From a virus (taxonomy: Duplodnaviria; Caudoviricetes): 35,232 nt of DNA. The position numbers and the translations under genes are program-made. The stretch's first letter is position 1, and every line of letters begins with the position of its first letter. Location of the stretch: positions 1 through 35,232 of the IMG/VR virus record IMGVR_UViG_3300030330_006583. One strand, 5' to 3'. The notes beneath the pieces were generated by a model. That model was not told where the DNA came from, did not search any database, and saw nothing but the letters and a program-made list of their open reading frames with translations. Of this stretch, positions 7,979 through 17,945 are shown piece after piece.

Positions 7979-8739
7979 GAGAAACCATAGGTATAGGAAT
8001 TATTACATGTGATAGACCAAAGTTTTTTAAAAGATGTAGAGAGTCTATTAATAATGAATGGTATGATCATATAGTAGTAGTTAATGATGGTAAGGGTCCT
8101 CTTTTTGATCCTGCTTCTCCAGTTATACAGACTACAGGTCGTGAAGGGGTAGGTAAAGCTAAAAATAAAGCCTTTCAATATTTGATTGATAAAGGGTGTG
8201 AGCATATATTTTTAGTTGAAGATGATGTAGTTTTTAAAAAGAACGCTTTTGACGCCTACATTAAAGCTAGTAAAGTTACTAAAGTAAAACATTTTAATTA
8301 TTGTTTACATGGTCAAGACAATAAAATAAACAATAAACCTAATCCACGTAAAATTATCGATATAAGAGGAACAAAAGTAGCTTTATATTTTAACATATAT
8401 GGGGCATGTTCTTATTATCATAGATCAGTACTAGAAGATATAGGGTTATTTGATGAAGAATATATCAATGCAATGGAGCATGTAGATCATACAATGCATG
8501 CTATAACAAAAAAATACCATCCTCCTTTTAGATGGTTTATTGATTTAGAAAACAGTAACGAATATATTAATGATCAAGATTATAATCACGATAAATCTAA
8601 AATAAGGACAGGAGATTGGATGAAAGACTTTCGAAATGGAGTAGAAAGATTTAAAAGTAAGTATAAAATAGATGTGACAAATCCTTATCAAGAGTATGAT
8701 GGTATAGATAAGGTTATTAGTTATTTTAAGTCGATATGA
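7975..8739 (+). CDS. Glycosyltransferase family 2
   Basis: IGIITCDR, VVVNDG, GVGKAKN, FLVEDD and GLFDE.Y..AMEHVD motifs. Confidence 0.85.
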   Translation: MRETIGIGIITCDRPKFFKRCRESINNEWYDHIVVVNDGKGPLFDPASPVIQTTGREGVGKAKNKAFQYLIDKGCEHIFLVEDDVVFKKNAFDAYIKASKVTKVKHFNYCLHGQDNKINNKPNPRKIIDIRGTKVALYFNIYGACSYYHRSVLEDIGLFDEEYINAMEHVDHTMHAITKKYHPPFRWFIDLENSNEYINDQDYNHDKSKIRTGDWMKDFRNGVERFKSKYKIDVTNPYQEYDGIDKVISYFKSI

Positions 8740-9488
8740 AAGTTGGAGTTGGTATTACTACATATAATGCAGAGCATTATTTTAAAGATTTATATGATTC
8801 ATTACCTATGAATCAAATAGATGAACTAGTAGTAGTTAATGGCGGTAAAGAATATAAAGGTAAATATAAAGATGCTCATTGGATCCAACATAGTAAAAAT
8901 TATTATCCATCTTTTTGTAGAAATGATTGCTTAAGATTTTTAATGGAGAGAGATATGGATTATTATATTACATTAGAAGATGATATGGTAATCAAAGACC
9001 CAGATATATTTAAAAAATATATGGAAGCTGCTGAACTTAGTAAGTTTGGTTATTTTTGTTTTGTAAGTACGTCATGGGAGTCAGGAGAACCAGGAAACAG
9101 AACACCTAAGCTTGAGTTGCAATATTCAAAAGATGTTACAGTTAATTTATATCCTCATATGTGTAATGAGTTTACGTTTAAAACAAAAAAATGCATTGAA
9201 GATACGGGGTTATATGATAATAAATTTAGATATATCTTTGATGTAGAGAATGTATACCGTGTAGCTAATGCAGATCATATTCCTAGTTTTTGGTATTTTC
9301 CGGATATTAAAGACTCAGATGATTTAATTATGAATCACCCGGAAACTGAAACTAGAATTAATGCAGGAGGTGAAAGAGATCGAAAGCTTGGTAAAGAATA
9401 CGATATGTTTATTAAAAAACATGGTACAACTGTACAAAGTATACCTCAATTAACTAAGCAAGAGATTATAGATAAAATAGTAAAATGA
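8736..9488 (+). CDS. Glycosyltransferase family 2
   Basis: VGITTYN, VVVNGG, RNDCL, TLEDD and GLYD motifs. Resembles a paralogue of the upstream gene. Confidence 0.8.
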   Translation: MKVGVGITTYNAEHYFKDLYDSLPMNQIDELVVVNGGKEYKGKYKDAHWIQHSKNYYPSFCRNDCLRFLMERDMDYYITLEDDMVIKDPDIFKKYMEAAELSKFGYFCFVSTSWESGEPGNRTPKLELQYSKDVTVNLYPHMCNEFTFKTKKCIEDTGLYDNKFRYIFDVENVYRVANADHIPSFWYFPDIKDSDDLIMNHPETETRINAGGERDRKLGKEYDMFIKKHGTTVQSIPQLTKQEIIDKIVK

Positions 9489-10255
9489 AAATCGCGATAG
9501 GTATTAATAGTTTTAAACAAGAAGCTGATTTAGAAAAGAGAGAAGCTTTATGTATCGAATCTCTACGTATATGTAAAGAAAAAAATTCTAACGTAACGCT
9601 ATATAATATTATTGAAGAAGGTGATGAAATAGATTTTGATGGTTTTAAAACGTTAAATGTAAAACAAGATGGTAAATTACCATATGTAAATAAGCTAATT
9701 GATCAATTAGCTAAAACTGATAACGATCTTATAGTATTTTTAAATAATGATATAGTGCTTAATGCTTCATTTTTTAAGCAATTAGAAGAAGATATTGAAA
9801 CTTACCCCACTTCTAGAGTTCATTTACATAGTTTAGATAGTTTAAATGAAGATCTTAAACTTCAATCCTATAGTGTACATGGATTTGATCTGTTTGCTTT
9901 TAAAAGAGATTGGTGGCTCAAAAATTCTCACTTATATCCGAATATGTATCTAGGTAAACCGTATTGGGATACTGTTTATTTTATAATTAGTGTATTGAAT
10001 AGTAACTTTAAAATACTAAACAAACAACCTCCAGTAATTTTTCACCCTGAACATAGCTCAGAGTCTATGGAAGGTAGTGATCGTTATAAAACTCACAACG
10101 AAAATATCGCTACTACTACCCCGGGAATGGGTAAATGGTGGCATTTTGTACAGAATGTACTTCTAAAACGACCATCTGCAGGAGAAGTATTGTGGTGGAC
10201 ACCACTTGCTAATGAAATAGAACTAGAAAATCAATTATTTAGAAATGAAAATTAA
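9485..10255 (+). CDS. Putative GT-A-fold glycosyltransferase
   Basis: IVFLNNDIVL (DxD-like), GFDLFAF, LGKPYWD and FHPEH motifs, plus cluster context. Confidence 0.55.
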   Translation: MKIAIGINSFKQEADLEKREALCIESLRICKEKNSNVTLYNIIEEGDEIDFDGFKTLNVKQDGKLPYVNKLIDQLAKTDNDLIVFLNNDIVLNASFFKQLEEDIETYPTSRVHLHSLDSLNEDLKLQSYSVHGFDLFAFKRDWWLKNSHLYPNMYLGKPYWDTVYFIISVLNSNFKILNKQPPVIFHPEHSSESMEGSDRYKTHNENIATTTPGMGKWWHFVQNVLLKRPSAGEVLWWTPLANEIELENQLFRNEN

Positions 10256-10940
10256 AGCTTATACACTTTTTACACCATCTCATAAGAAGTTTCTTTATGA
10301 ATATTTGTTAGATTCGTTTAAACATAACGAAAATATTGAACTAACTATACTACATAGACCACAATTATGTGAAACTGCGGAGTTTGGCTCAGATGGCTGG
10401 CATGGAACTATGTATTATAAAGCTAATTGTTTTTATGATAAGCTAAAAGAGTGTAGTGACGATGAGATCTTTATGTTTATCGATCCAGATATTGTAATTT
10501 ATAAAGATTTTTATGATGATATCGTTAAACGTATGGAGACTGCTGATATGGTTTTTCAAAACGATGGACCTGGTGGTGTAAATACAGGGTTTTTTGCTGT
10601 TAGAAACAATAAAAAGACACGAGCGTTCTTTAATACAGTAAGAGGTAATCTTGAAAAATTTGAAGAAGAGCAAAGAACCACCAATTATTTACTTAGAAAC
10701 CTGCAAAACTTCCCAGAAATACATGTAAGATGGAGTATGTTACCTAATACGTATTTTACTTTTGGTCATATTGCAGGTCAACCTGATGGCAAAGGTGGTT
10801 TAAAAGGTCACTGGGTTAATACAGACGATAAATTTCCTATTCCGGATGATATTTTTATACATCATGGCAACTGGACACGTACAAAAGAAGACAAATATAA
10901 AATTTTAGATGTAGTTAGAAAGAGAATAAATGAAAGTTGA
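10245..10940 (+). CDS. Nucleotide-diphospho-sugar transferase (GT77-like)
   Basis: FIDPDIV, VFQND, NTGFF, EEQ..N.LL and HHGNW motifs. Confidence 0.75.
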   Translation: MKIKAYTLFTPSHKKFLYEYLLDSFKHNENIELTILHRPQLCETAEFGSDGWHGTMYYKANCFYDKLKECSDDEIFMFIDPDIVIYKDFYDDIVKRMETADMVFQNDGPGGVNTGFFAVRNNKKTRAFFNTVRGNLEKFEEEQRTTNYLLRNLQNFPEIHVRWSMLPNTYFTFGHIAGQPDGKGGLKGHWVNTDDKFPIPDDIFIHHGNWTRTKEDKYKILDVVRKRINES

Positions 10941-11793
10941 TTTTAAAAACCTAAGAGTCCCCGCTGATTACCCGACATATCCTCCTTATCATGAAGGAGA
11001 TTATATGGAAGAATACTTTTATAAGTATTATATTGAAAATAAAAGTGAATTTGATAAGACTGGATTTACTTTAATTCCAATATTTTGGACAAATGTATAT
11101 CTTACTAGTAAAAATAAAGACTTACTACAACCTTACTTAAATTATCTACCTAAAGATAAAAAATATTTTACTGTTTCACAACATGACGATGCTGTAAATG
11201 AAATTTTACCACCCGGTACATTAAGTTTTGAAGCTGGAGGTAATAGAAATGGTATACCTCTACCATTAATTTGTTCACCTTTAAAGAAAGGACTTATTGA
11301 ACCTCAAGAAAAGGATATATTTTGTTCGTTCGTTGGTTCCATTTCCAATAACGCTCAATGTCGTGTTACTCTTTACCAGACATATGCAAATGATCCAGAT
11401 TTTTATTTTTCTAAACCTCGTTATTGGACAGCAGAAGTGCCGCAAGATAATTTTAAAGAATTTATTGATATATCACAGCGTTCTGAATTTTGTTTAGCTC
11501 CAAGAGGTTATGGTAAAAATAGTTTTAGATTCTATGAGGTAATGCAATTAGGCTCTATACCTGTTCTTGTTTATGATGAGGAGTGGTTACCATTTAAAAA
11601 ATATATTGATTGGAATGAATTTAGCGTATTAGTAGAAGAGAAAGATATACCCAATTTAAAAACAAAGTTACAATCTTATACTAAAGAACAAAAAGATAAA
11701 ATGCTCAAAAAAGGTAAAGAAATATATAGAGAATATTTTTCGATGGAAGGATTTAGCAAAAACGTATTAAGATATTTGCAAGATGAAAAATGA
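10930..11793 (+). CDS. Exostosin-family glycosyltransferase (GT47-like)
   Basis: SFVGS and SEFCLAPRGYGKNSFRFYEVMQLGSIPV...LPF...IDWNEFSV form the exostosin C-terminal signature. Confidence 0.85.
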   Translation: MKVDFKNLRVPADYPTYPPYHEGDYMEEYFYKYYIENKSEFDKTGFTLIPIFWTNVYLTSKNKDLLQPYLNYLPKDKKYFTVSQHDDAVNEILPPGTLSFEAGGNRNGIPLPLICSPLKKGLIEPQEKDIFCSFVGSISNNAQCRVTLYQTYANDPDFYFSKPRYWTAEVPQDNFKEFIDISQRSEFCLAPRGYGKNSFRFYEVMQLGSIPVLVYDEEWLPFKKYIDWNEFSVLVEEKDIPNLKTKLQSYTKEQKDKMLKKGKEIYREYFSMEGFSKNVLRYLQDEK

Positions 11794-12529
11794 GCTACCA
11801 CTCTTTTACTATCAGCCAAATGATGTACCTTACCTGGAAAAGAGCTTAGAGCTTAATAAAAAGATATTTAAGGATTTAATTATTATTAAAGGTACAGACT
11901 GCCCAGAGTTTAATAATGTTTATAGGCATATGTGTTATAATGCAGATATGTTTGAAAGATTGTGTTTTATTCGCTTCTTTAAAATTTTAGAATATGTTAA
12001 AGAAAATAATATAGATAAATTTTTATATTGTGATTCTGATGCTATCTTTTTGGTACCTTTAGATTTTGAAAGTATTCTAGATAAAGAAAAATGTGTAGCG
12101 TGTAGACCTGAGCAGCAAGATAAATTTGAAGATGTTACTTGTGCACATTTTTCTATATGGACAAAAGATGGCTTAGAGGATTTTTGTAATTATATTATTG
12201 ATGTTTATACTAATAATATCGATATTCTTTTACCCAAGTGGGAGTGGCATATGGAAACACAAACTGGAGGAGGTATATGTGACATGACTGTAATGTATCA
12301 TTGGTATAAGGGAAGTAAAAATTTATATAGTATTAATGGCGGCGCATTTGATAGAGGTATAGGAATGCCACAAAATAATATACCTGATGAATATGAAATG
12401 AAAAATGGTATAAAGAGATTACGTATGATTGATAACCAAATATTTGGTACTAATTATAATGGAGAGTCAGTTCAATTCTTTGGATTACATTTTCAAGGTG
12501 ATAAAAAAGACTACATGTACAACTTATGA
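11783..12529 (+). CDS. Putative GT-A-fold glycosyltransferase
   Basis: FERLCFIRFF, FLYCDSDA (DxD), ICDMT and LHFQG.KK motifs, plus cluster context. Confidence 0.6.
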   Translation: MKNELPLFYYQPNDVPYLEKSLELNKKIFKDLIIIKGTDCPEFNNVYRHMCYNADMFERLCFIRFFKILEYVKENNIDKFLYCDSDAIFLVPLDFESILDKEKCVACRPEQQDKFEDVTCAHFSIWTKDGLEDFCNYIIDVYTNNIDILLPKWEWHMETQTGGGICDMTVMYHWYKGSKNLYSINGGAFDRGIGMPQNNIPDEYEMKNGIKRLRMIDNQIFGTNYNGESVQFFGLHFQGDKKDYMYNL

Positions 12530-13335
12530 AAAAATTCTTAACAACGTTTGCTCTATATAATGATCATAGACAGACATTATATGAGCAGTTTATCAGACCG
12601 CGTTTTGCAAAATATGCTGAAATGCATAATATGAGATTTGTAGAGCTTAACAATAATAATTTTAAGATTCAGATCTTACATCCTGAGTTTGATGTTAGAG
12701 AAAATATGCATTTTAATAGATGGTTATTGTTTAAGAGATTACTAGACGAAGGTAAGCTTAATGATGGTGACATTCTTTATAATTTTGATGCAGACGTTTT
12801 TATAAAAGAAATGGATCAACACTTTGAACCTGAAAAGGGATTTTCATATGCTATTGATTCAGGCAATACACATTGTTTTGGATTCTTTGCATTAAAAATT
12901 AACGAGTTTTCAAGAAAACTTATTAACGCTATTATCGATAGAGAGAGATGGCTTAAGGTAAGTCAGTATGAATTTTTTAATGAACATAATAATACAAAAG
13001 GTAAGTGGCATCTAGCTGATCAGCAAACGTATTACACTTGCGCTGGTATTAAACCACACAGCTGGAAGTCTTTTTATGAGTTAGATAATTTAGGATTTCA
13101 TTCATATCCTACAGAATATACAATTTTTTCTTTAGATGAACTTAAAGAAAATGTAAATGTGTTACCTACAGAATGGAATGTTACTCAGCTTTACGATGAA
13201 ACTGGTGATCATGAAACAGGTAAGCCAAACACTTACGATATTAACCAAACTACGTTAGACAAAACTATATTTCGACATTTTGCCGGCGGTCAGCCATGGC
13301 GTTTCGACGAGTATACTAAAAAATATCCTTTATAA
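12526..13335 (+). CDS. Putative glycosyltransferase (GT34/GT8-like GT-A fold)
   Basis: KYAEMH, NFDADVFI, ADQ, VLPTEWN and FRHFAGG motifs. Confidence 0.65.
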   Translation: MKKFLTTFALYNDHRQTLYEQFIRPRFAKYAEMHNMRFVELNNNNFKIQILHPEFDVRENMHFNRWLLFKRLLDEGKLNDGDILYNFDADVFIKEMDQHFEPEKGFSYAIDSGNTHCFGFFALKINEFSRKLINAIIDRERWLKVSQYEFFNEHNNTKGKWHLADQQTYYTCAGIKPHSWKSFYELDNLGFHSYPTEYTIFSLDELKENVNVLPTEWNVTQLYDETGDHETGKPNTYDINQTTLDKTIFRHFAGGQPWRFDEYTKKYPL

Positions 13336-13337
13336 GT

Positions 13338-14039
13338 ATGGAACTAGATGAAAGAGCAGCCGGGTGGCTAGGTGAACTAGAAGGAGAACCTTATCAATTT
13401 AATTTATTTAAACTTGTAATTGAAGAAATTAATAATAAACAGTTAGCTAGTCCTACAATGTTAGAGCTAGGAGCAGGAATTGGTCAATTTTCTAAATACT
13501 ATAACGAGAACGTTTTGAATGGACGTAATATATGTTTAGAGATTCAGCCAACAAATTGCAATATAATTCGAAAACTTATACCAGATGCTACTATCTATGA
13601 AGGATATGTAGGACAAAGAATACATATGAGAGAGACTATTCATGCTGATATGGTAGATAAAAAAATATTTATAAAAGATATATTTGAAGAAAATAATATA
13701 GACAATCTAGATTTATTGCATATCGATATACAAGGCGGCGAAGTCGCGGTATTACAAGAACTAGTCCAAAGTAATCTTTTAAGTAAAATAGATTATATGT
13801 TTATTTCAACTCATCGTATTAAGAGATCACAAGTAGAACCTAATTGGCGGGTATTACATGATAATAAAGGTATGACCAAAGAAGGATTTGAGTTATTTGA
13901 AAAATGTCAAGGTGACACCTACATACCCGTTGTCGGTATACTTCATAACCAACCGGTTAATTATGAATGGCTTTTTCAGACCCACCTAGTTGACAAAGCA
14001 TCCGGCGATGGTTTAGTAGTGGTCAAGCGTATAAAATGA
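13338..14039 (+). CDS. FkbM-family SAM-dependent methyltransferase
   Basis: MLELGAGIG (SAM motif I), LDLLHIDIQGGE and FISTH motifs. Confidence 0.8.
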   Translation: MELDERAAGWLGELEGEPYQFNLFKLVIEEINNKQLASPTMLELGAGIGQFSKYYNENVLNGRNICLEIQPTNCNIIRKLIPDATIYEGYVGQRIHMRETIHADMVDKKIFIKDIFEENNIDNLDLLHIDIQGGEVAVLQELVQSNLLSKIDYMFISTHRIKRSQVEPNWRVLHDNKGMTKEGFELFEKCQGDTYIPVVGILHNQPVNYEWLFQTHLVDKASGDGLVVVKRIK

Positions 14040-14767
14040 AAATAAAAGAATTTACAATATGTTTACATTGTGGTAGTGATCGAAAAGTTTCTGATCATCA
14101 AATGGAATTATTAAAACCACTTGAAGACGAATACAAAATTACTTATAACAATAGAATTGATAGACATCCTTTAATTTATCCTTCTTATTCTCAACTAATT
14201 AATCATTCCATAGTAACATCACATACTGAATATATTTTCTTTATTAACGATAGAACATTTCCAAAACCTCATGAGATTAAAAAGATGATTGATCATCTAG
14301 AAAATGGCTTTGCATGGACAACTTTATGGGGTGTAGCTTTTATGGCCTTTTCTAAAGAATTGGTTAGACAAATAGGATGGTGGGACGAAAGATATATAAA
14401 CGGTGGGTGGGAAGATAGAGATTGGGTTTGGCGACTTAAAGAAGCTAATCTAGCTATCTATGAAAGTCACGAAGCATCGTACGATCAATCATGGAAGTCA
14501 CATCTTAATGTTGCAGGCGGTCATCAATCAACTCCTTTCTGGCACAAAAAGTGGAATGGAGACAGACATGATGTTGTTCTAAAAAATATAGCCGATGAAG
14601 AGTATGAACATTGGGAAGTATTTTTAGGTGAAGAGAGGCCTGATATAAGAAAAGAATGGAATACATGGGATAAGTCGATTTTAAATGTAGCAGCTGGTGC
14701 AGAAGGATCTGGTCCTGCTAGCTCTTATCTTCTCGGCAACAGAGAAATAGTTAAAAATTATGAATGA
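14036..14767 (+). CDS. Glycosyltransferase (GT2 / GT7 C-terminal-like)
   Basis: IFFIND and IGWWDERYINGGWEDRDWVWRL motifs. Confidence 0.75.
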   Translation: MKIKEFTICLHCGSDRKVSDHQMELLKPLEDEYKITYNNRIDRHPLIYPSYSQLINHSIVTSHTEYIFFINDRTFPKPHEIKKMIDHLENGFAWTTLWGVAFMAFSKELVRQIGWWDERYINGGWEDRDWVWRLKEANLAIYESHEASYDQSWKSHLNVAGGHQSTPFWHKKWNGDRHDVVLKNIADEEYEHWEVFLGEERPDIRKEWNTWDKSILNVAAGAEGSGPASSYLLGNREIVKNYE

Positions 14768-15377
14768 AAGAACTTTAGTTATATCGCCTCATATTGATGA
14801 TGAGGTATTAGGTTGTTATGCTGCACTACATGATAACTGTCATGTTATGGAATGTGGTGTAGATAAATTTCACGTTGTAGATCGTGAAGAACGACTCGAA
14901 GAATTAAAAGCATTAGCTGAATATAAAAAATTTACTTTTAAAGTTTTTGAAAATAAAGTAAACAACTATACTATAAGAACGTTAATTCATCAAATTGAAG
15001 ATCAAATTAACGAGATTAAACCAGAAAAAATATTTATACCATACCCATCTTACAACCAAGATCATGTTACTGTATATGACGCGTCGTTAGTAGCGTTAAG
15101 GCATCATGATGTAAATCATTTTGTTAAAAAAGTAGTCGCGTATGAAGAGGTACATAGTTTCTTATGGGATTATACACATGATATTAATAGTACTTTTAAG
15201 GGTAATTACTTTGTACCTATTGATATAGAAGATAAAATTACGTCTTATAAGTTTCTTAAATCACAAGTACGTGGTCATAGAAGCCCTGAAATGTTAAGAT
15301 TAATAGCAAGAATGAGAGGCGTGCAGGGAAACTTTGAGAACGCTGAAGCATTTCAAATTTTAAGATGGGTAGATTAA
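14760..15377 (+). CDS. PIG-L/LmbE-family N-deacetylase (deformylase-like)
   Basis: ISPHIDDEVLG, R.EE, NQDH, KSQ and AEAF motifs. Confidence 0.88.
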   Translation: MNERTLVISPHIDDEVLGCYAALHDNCHVMECGVDKFHVVDREERLEELKALAEYKKFTFKVFENKVNNYTIRTLIHQIEDQINEIKPEKIFIPYPSYNQDHVTVYDASLVALRHHDVNHFVKKVVAYEEVHSFLWDYTHDINSTFKGNYFVPIDIEDKITSYKFLKSQVRGHRSPEMLRLIARMRGVQGNFENAEAFQILRWVD

Positions 15378-16054
15378 TGAAAAAAATATTATTATGTTCT
15401 TATAGAGACTGGTCTAATCAAATTTGTAAAGATGTTGAAGACTATTTTGCAAATTATGAAGATTTAATTATTATAAAATGTACTACACAAGAAAAATTTC
15501 TTAATATTATAAAAGAAAATAAATTTGATTATATTTTCTTCCTAGGGTGGAGTGATATTATAGACAAAAGTATAGTAGACAATAATTTTTGTATTTGTCT
15601 ACACCCTTCCATGCTTCCTAAATACAGAGGGGGAAGTCCTTTACAGCATCAAATTATAAACAATGAAGAGGAAATGGGTGTAACGTTATTTAAAATGGAT
15701 GAGTATTTGGATAAAGGGGATATAATATTTCAACAACCTATCTCTATCTTTATTGAAGATAATCTAGACCAAATCTATAATCAAATTAGTATTTCAGGTT
15801 ATAATGGTGTACGATGGATTATTGAATGTTTATGTCAAGGTATTAAAATAGATTTAAGGCCTCAAGATGATAGTAAAAGTACGTATTTTAAGCGACGGAC
15901 ACCAGCAATGAGTGAAATAAAAATAGATGATTTTAAAAATCTAACTGCAACCGATATACATAATAAGGTTAGATGTCTTCAAGATCCATATCCAAATGCT
16001 TATATTGTTTGCAAAAATAATACTAGGCTATATATTACTAATACTAAAGTATGA
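15377..16054 (+). CDS. N10-formyl-THF-dependent formyltransferase (Fmt/ArnA-N-like)
   Basis: LHPSMLPKYRGGSP, GVTLF, LDKGDI and PYPNA motifs. The ATG at 15377 overlaps the upstream TAA (track start 15365 is in frame). Confidence 0.88.
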   Translation: MKKILLCSYRDWSNQICKDVEDYFANYEDLIIIKCTTQEKFLNIIKENKFDYIFFLGWSDIIDKSIVDNNFCICLHPSMLPKYRGGSPLQHQIINNEEEMGVTLFKMDEYLDKGDIIFQQPISIFIEDNLDQIYNQISISGYNGVRWIIECLCQGIKIDLRPQDDSKSTYFKRRTPAMSEIKIDDFKNLTATDIHNKVRCLQDPYPNAYIVCKNNTRLYITNTKV

Positions 16055-16998
16055 AACTATTATTTGTACCAACTAATAAAATAACTGCTCAAAATGACTA
16101 TCTAGAGGTATCAATTTTGCATGGTTTGAGAGAAATAATGGGTAATCAATGTGTAGATTACCCTCGTAAGAAAATAATGTATAATGATTTTTCCGATATT
16201 CCTAAAGATCAATTACACGGAAAAGGATTTACTTTGTTAACTAAACCCATAAAAGACTTAAGTGAAAAGGAAAGGGAACTAAATCAATTTGATGCTGTAT
16301 TATATGGGTGCGGTCATATGCACGGTGAAGGAACTATACATAAATTTAATAAAATATCAAAAAATAATGTTTGGGTATTAGATGGACATGATTTATTTGG
16401 TGATGCTCCTCGTAAAATAGAATTTAATGATCAAGAGGTTATAGGTGTTCAATTTAGAAAATGTTTCAAAAGGGAACTAGTGGAAAAAGTACCTGATGTA
16501 TATCCTACAGGCTTCGGTATACCAGAATATCAGATTAGACCATTTGATATATCAAAGAAAGATCAGCAATATCAAAAAACTGCTCCGGATAATTCTTTAT
16601 TTCAAACTGTAAACGATTTAGGAGGAGGCTTTTCACACCATAAATTTACAAAAGAAGAAGATTATTATAACGACTTAAGTCGGTCTTGGTTTGGATTAAC
16701 TTGTCAAAAAGGAGGTTGGGATTGCATGAGACATTATGAAATTATGGCAGCAGGATCTGTTTTGCTTTTTAGAGATTACAACTTAAAACCTGCAGCATGC
16801 TCTCCGCAAGCAATACCATGTCTTTCATATTCATCTAGAGAAGAACTAGATAGTATAATGAATAGATTGGTAGTTGATAATAAACCTACCGATGAATACT
16901 ATTTTTATCTACACAAGCAAAGAGAATGGTTAAATAATGTAGGTACAACAAAAGCTAGAGCAAAACAAATTATAAAAATTATTAAAAAGAGTTTATGA
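16051..16998 (+). CDS. Putative glycosyltransferase (GT-B/exostosin-related)
   Basis: FKREL, YYNDLSRSWFGLT.QKGGWDCMRHYEIMAAGS motif typical of phage GT-like proteins, plus cluster context. Confidence 0.6.
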   Translation: MKLLFVPTNKITAQNDYLEVSILHGLREIMGNQCVDYPRKKIMYNDFSDIPKDQLHGKGFTLLTKPIKDLSEKERELNQFDAVLYGCGHMHGEGTIHKFNKISKNNVWVLDGHDLFGDAPRKIEFNDQEVIGVQFRKCFKRELVEKVPDVYPTGFGIPEYQIRPFDISKKDQQYQKTAPDNSLFQTVNDLGGGFSHHKFTKEEDYYNDLSRSWFGLTCQKGGWDCMRHYEIMAAGSVLLFRDYNLKPAACSPQAIPCLSYSSREELDSIMNRLVVDNKPTDEYYFYLHKQREWLNNVGTTKARAKQIIKIIKKSL

Positions 16999-17945
16999 AA
17001 AAAATATTAATATCAGGAGGAGCAGGATTTTTAGGCACATATTCTATAGAAAAATATCTAGATGAAGGTTACGATATTACTGTTATAGATAATTTTTCTA
17101 CAGCAGTAGTAAAAAACAATGACCCTGTTCTAGAAAAAGTAAAATTAATTGAAGATGATATCTTGAATGTAAAATGGACTGACTTAGAAAAATACGATTT
17201 GATTCTACACTTAGCAAGTCCAGTTGGACCAGCTGGTATATTAAAGCACTCCGGAAAGATGGCGAAGTATATTTTAGACGACATATATTGGGCTATTGAA
17301 GGGGCACAACATAATAGCTGTCCATTAGTCTTTGTTAGTACATCTGAAATTTATGGTTATAGAGAAAAAGCTGTTTTATTAAAAGAAGAAGATGATAAAC
17401 TTTTAGTTGGTGACTTTAAAGTTCGTAATGAATATAGTATTGCAAAATTATTAGCAGAAATTGTTTTGTCAAATACAGCTAAAGTAAGTGACTTACAATA
17501 TCAAATTATTAGACCATTTAATATTAGCGGAGCTAGACAATTAAAAGATGGTGGTTTTGTACTTCCAACTTTCGTAACTCAATCTTTAAGTGAAAACGAC
17601 ATTACAGTTTTTAATGATGGTAAACAAATTAGAGCCTTTACACATGTTACAGATATTGTTAATGGTATCTATCTTACTTCACAGTCTGATTTCAATGAAA
17701 TTTGGAATGTTGGTAATCCAGATAACCAATGTACAATTTTAGAAATGGCAGAAATAGTAAAAAGAAAAACACAGTCAGATTCAGATATTACATTTGTTGA
17801 TCCAAAAACTATTCATGGACCATTGTATGAAGAAGCGTGGGATAAAATACCTAACCCAGAAAAAATAGCAGATAAACTCGGCTGGGTTGCAAATCATGAC
17901 GTTGATTATATCATAAATGATGTAATTAATTATTATAGTTCATGA
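16995..17945 (+). CDS. NAD-dependent epimerase/dehydratase, UDP-glucuronate decarboxylase (UXS/ArnA-C)-like
   Basis: GGAGFLG, HLASP, STSEIYG, YSIAK (YxxxK), RPFN and DGKQIRAFTHVTD motifs. Confidence 0.8.
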   Translation: MKKILISGGAGFLGTYSIEKYLDEGYDITVIDNFSTAVVKNNDPVLEKVKLIEDDILNVKWTDLEKYDLILHLASPVGPAGILKHSGKMAKYILDDIYWAIEGAQHNSCPLVFVSTSEIYGYREKAVLLKEEDDKLLVGDFKVRNEYSIAKLLAEIVLSNTAKVSDLQYQIIRPFNISGARQLKDGGFVLPTFVTQSLSENDITVFNDGKQIRAFTHVTDIVNGIYLTSQSDFNEIWNVGNPDNQCTILEMAEIVKRKTQSDSDITFVDPKTIHGPLYEEAWDKIPNPEKIADKLGWVANHDVDYIINDVINYYSS

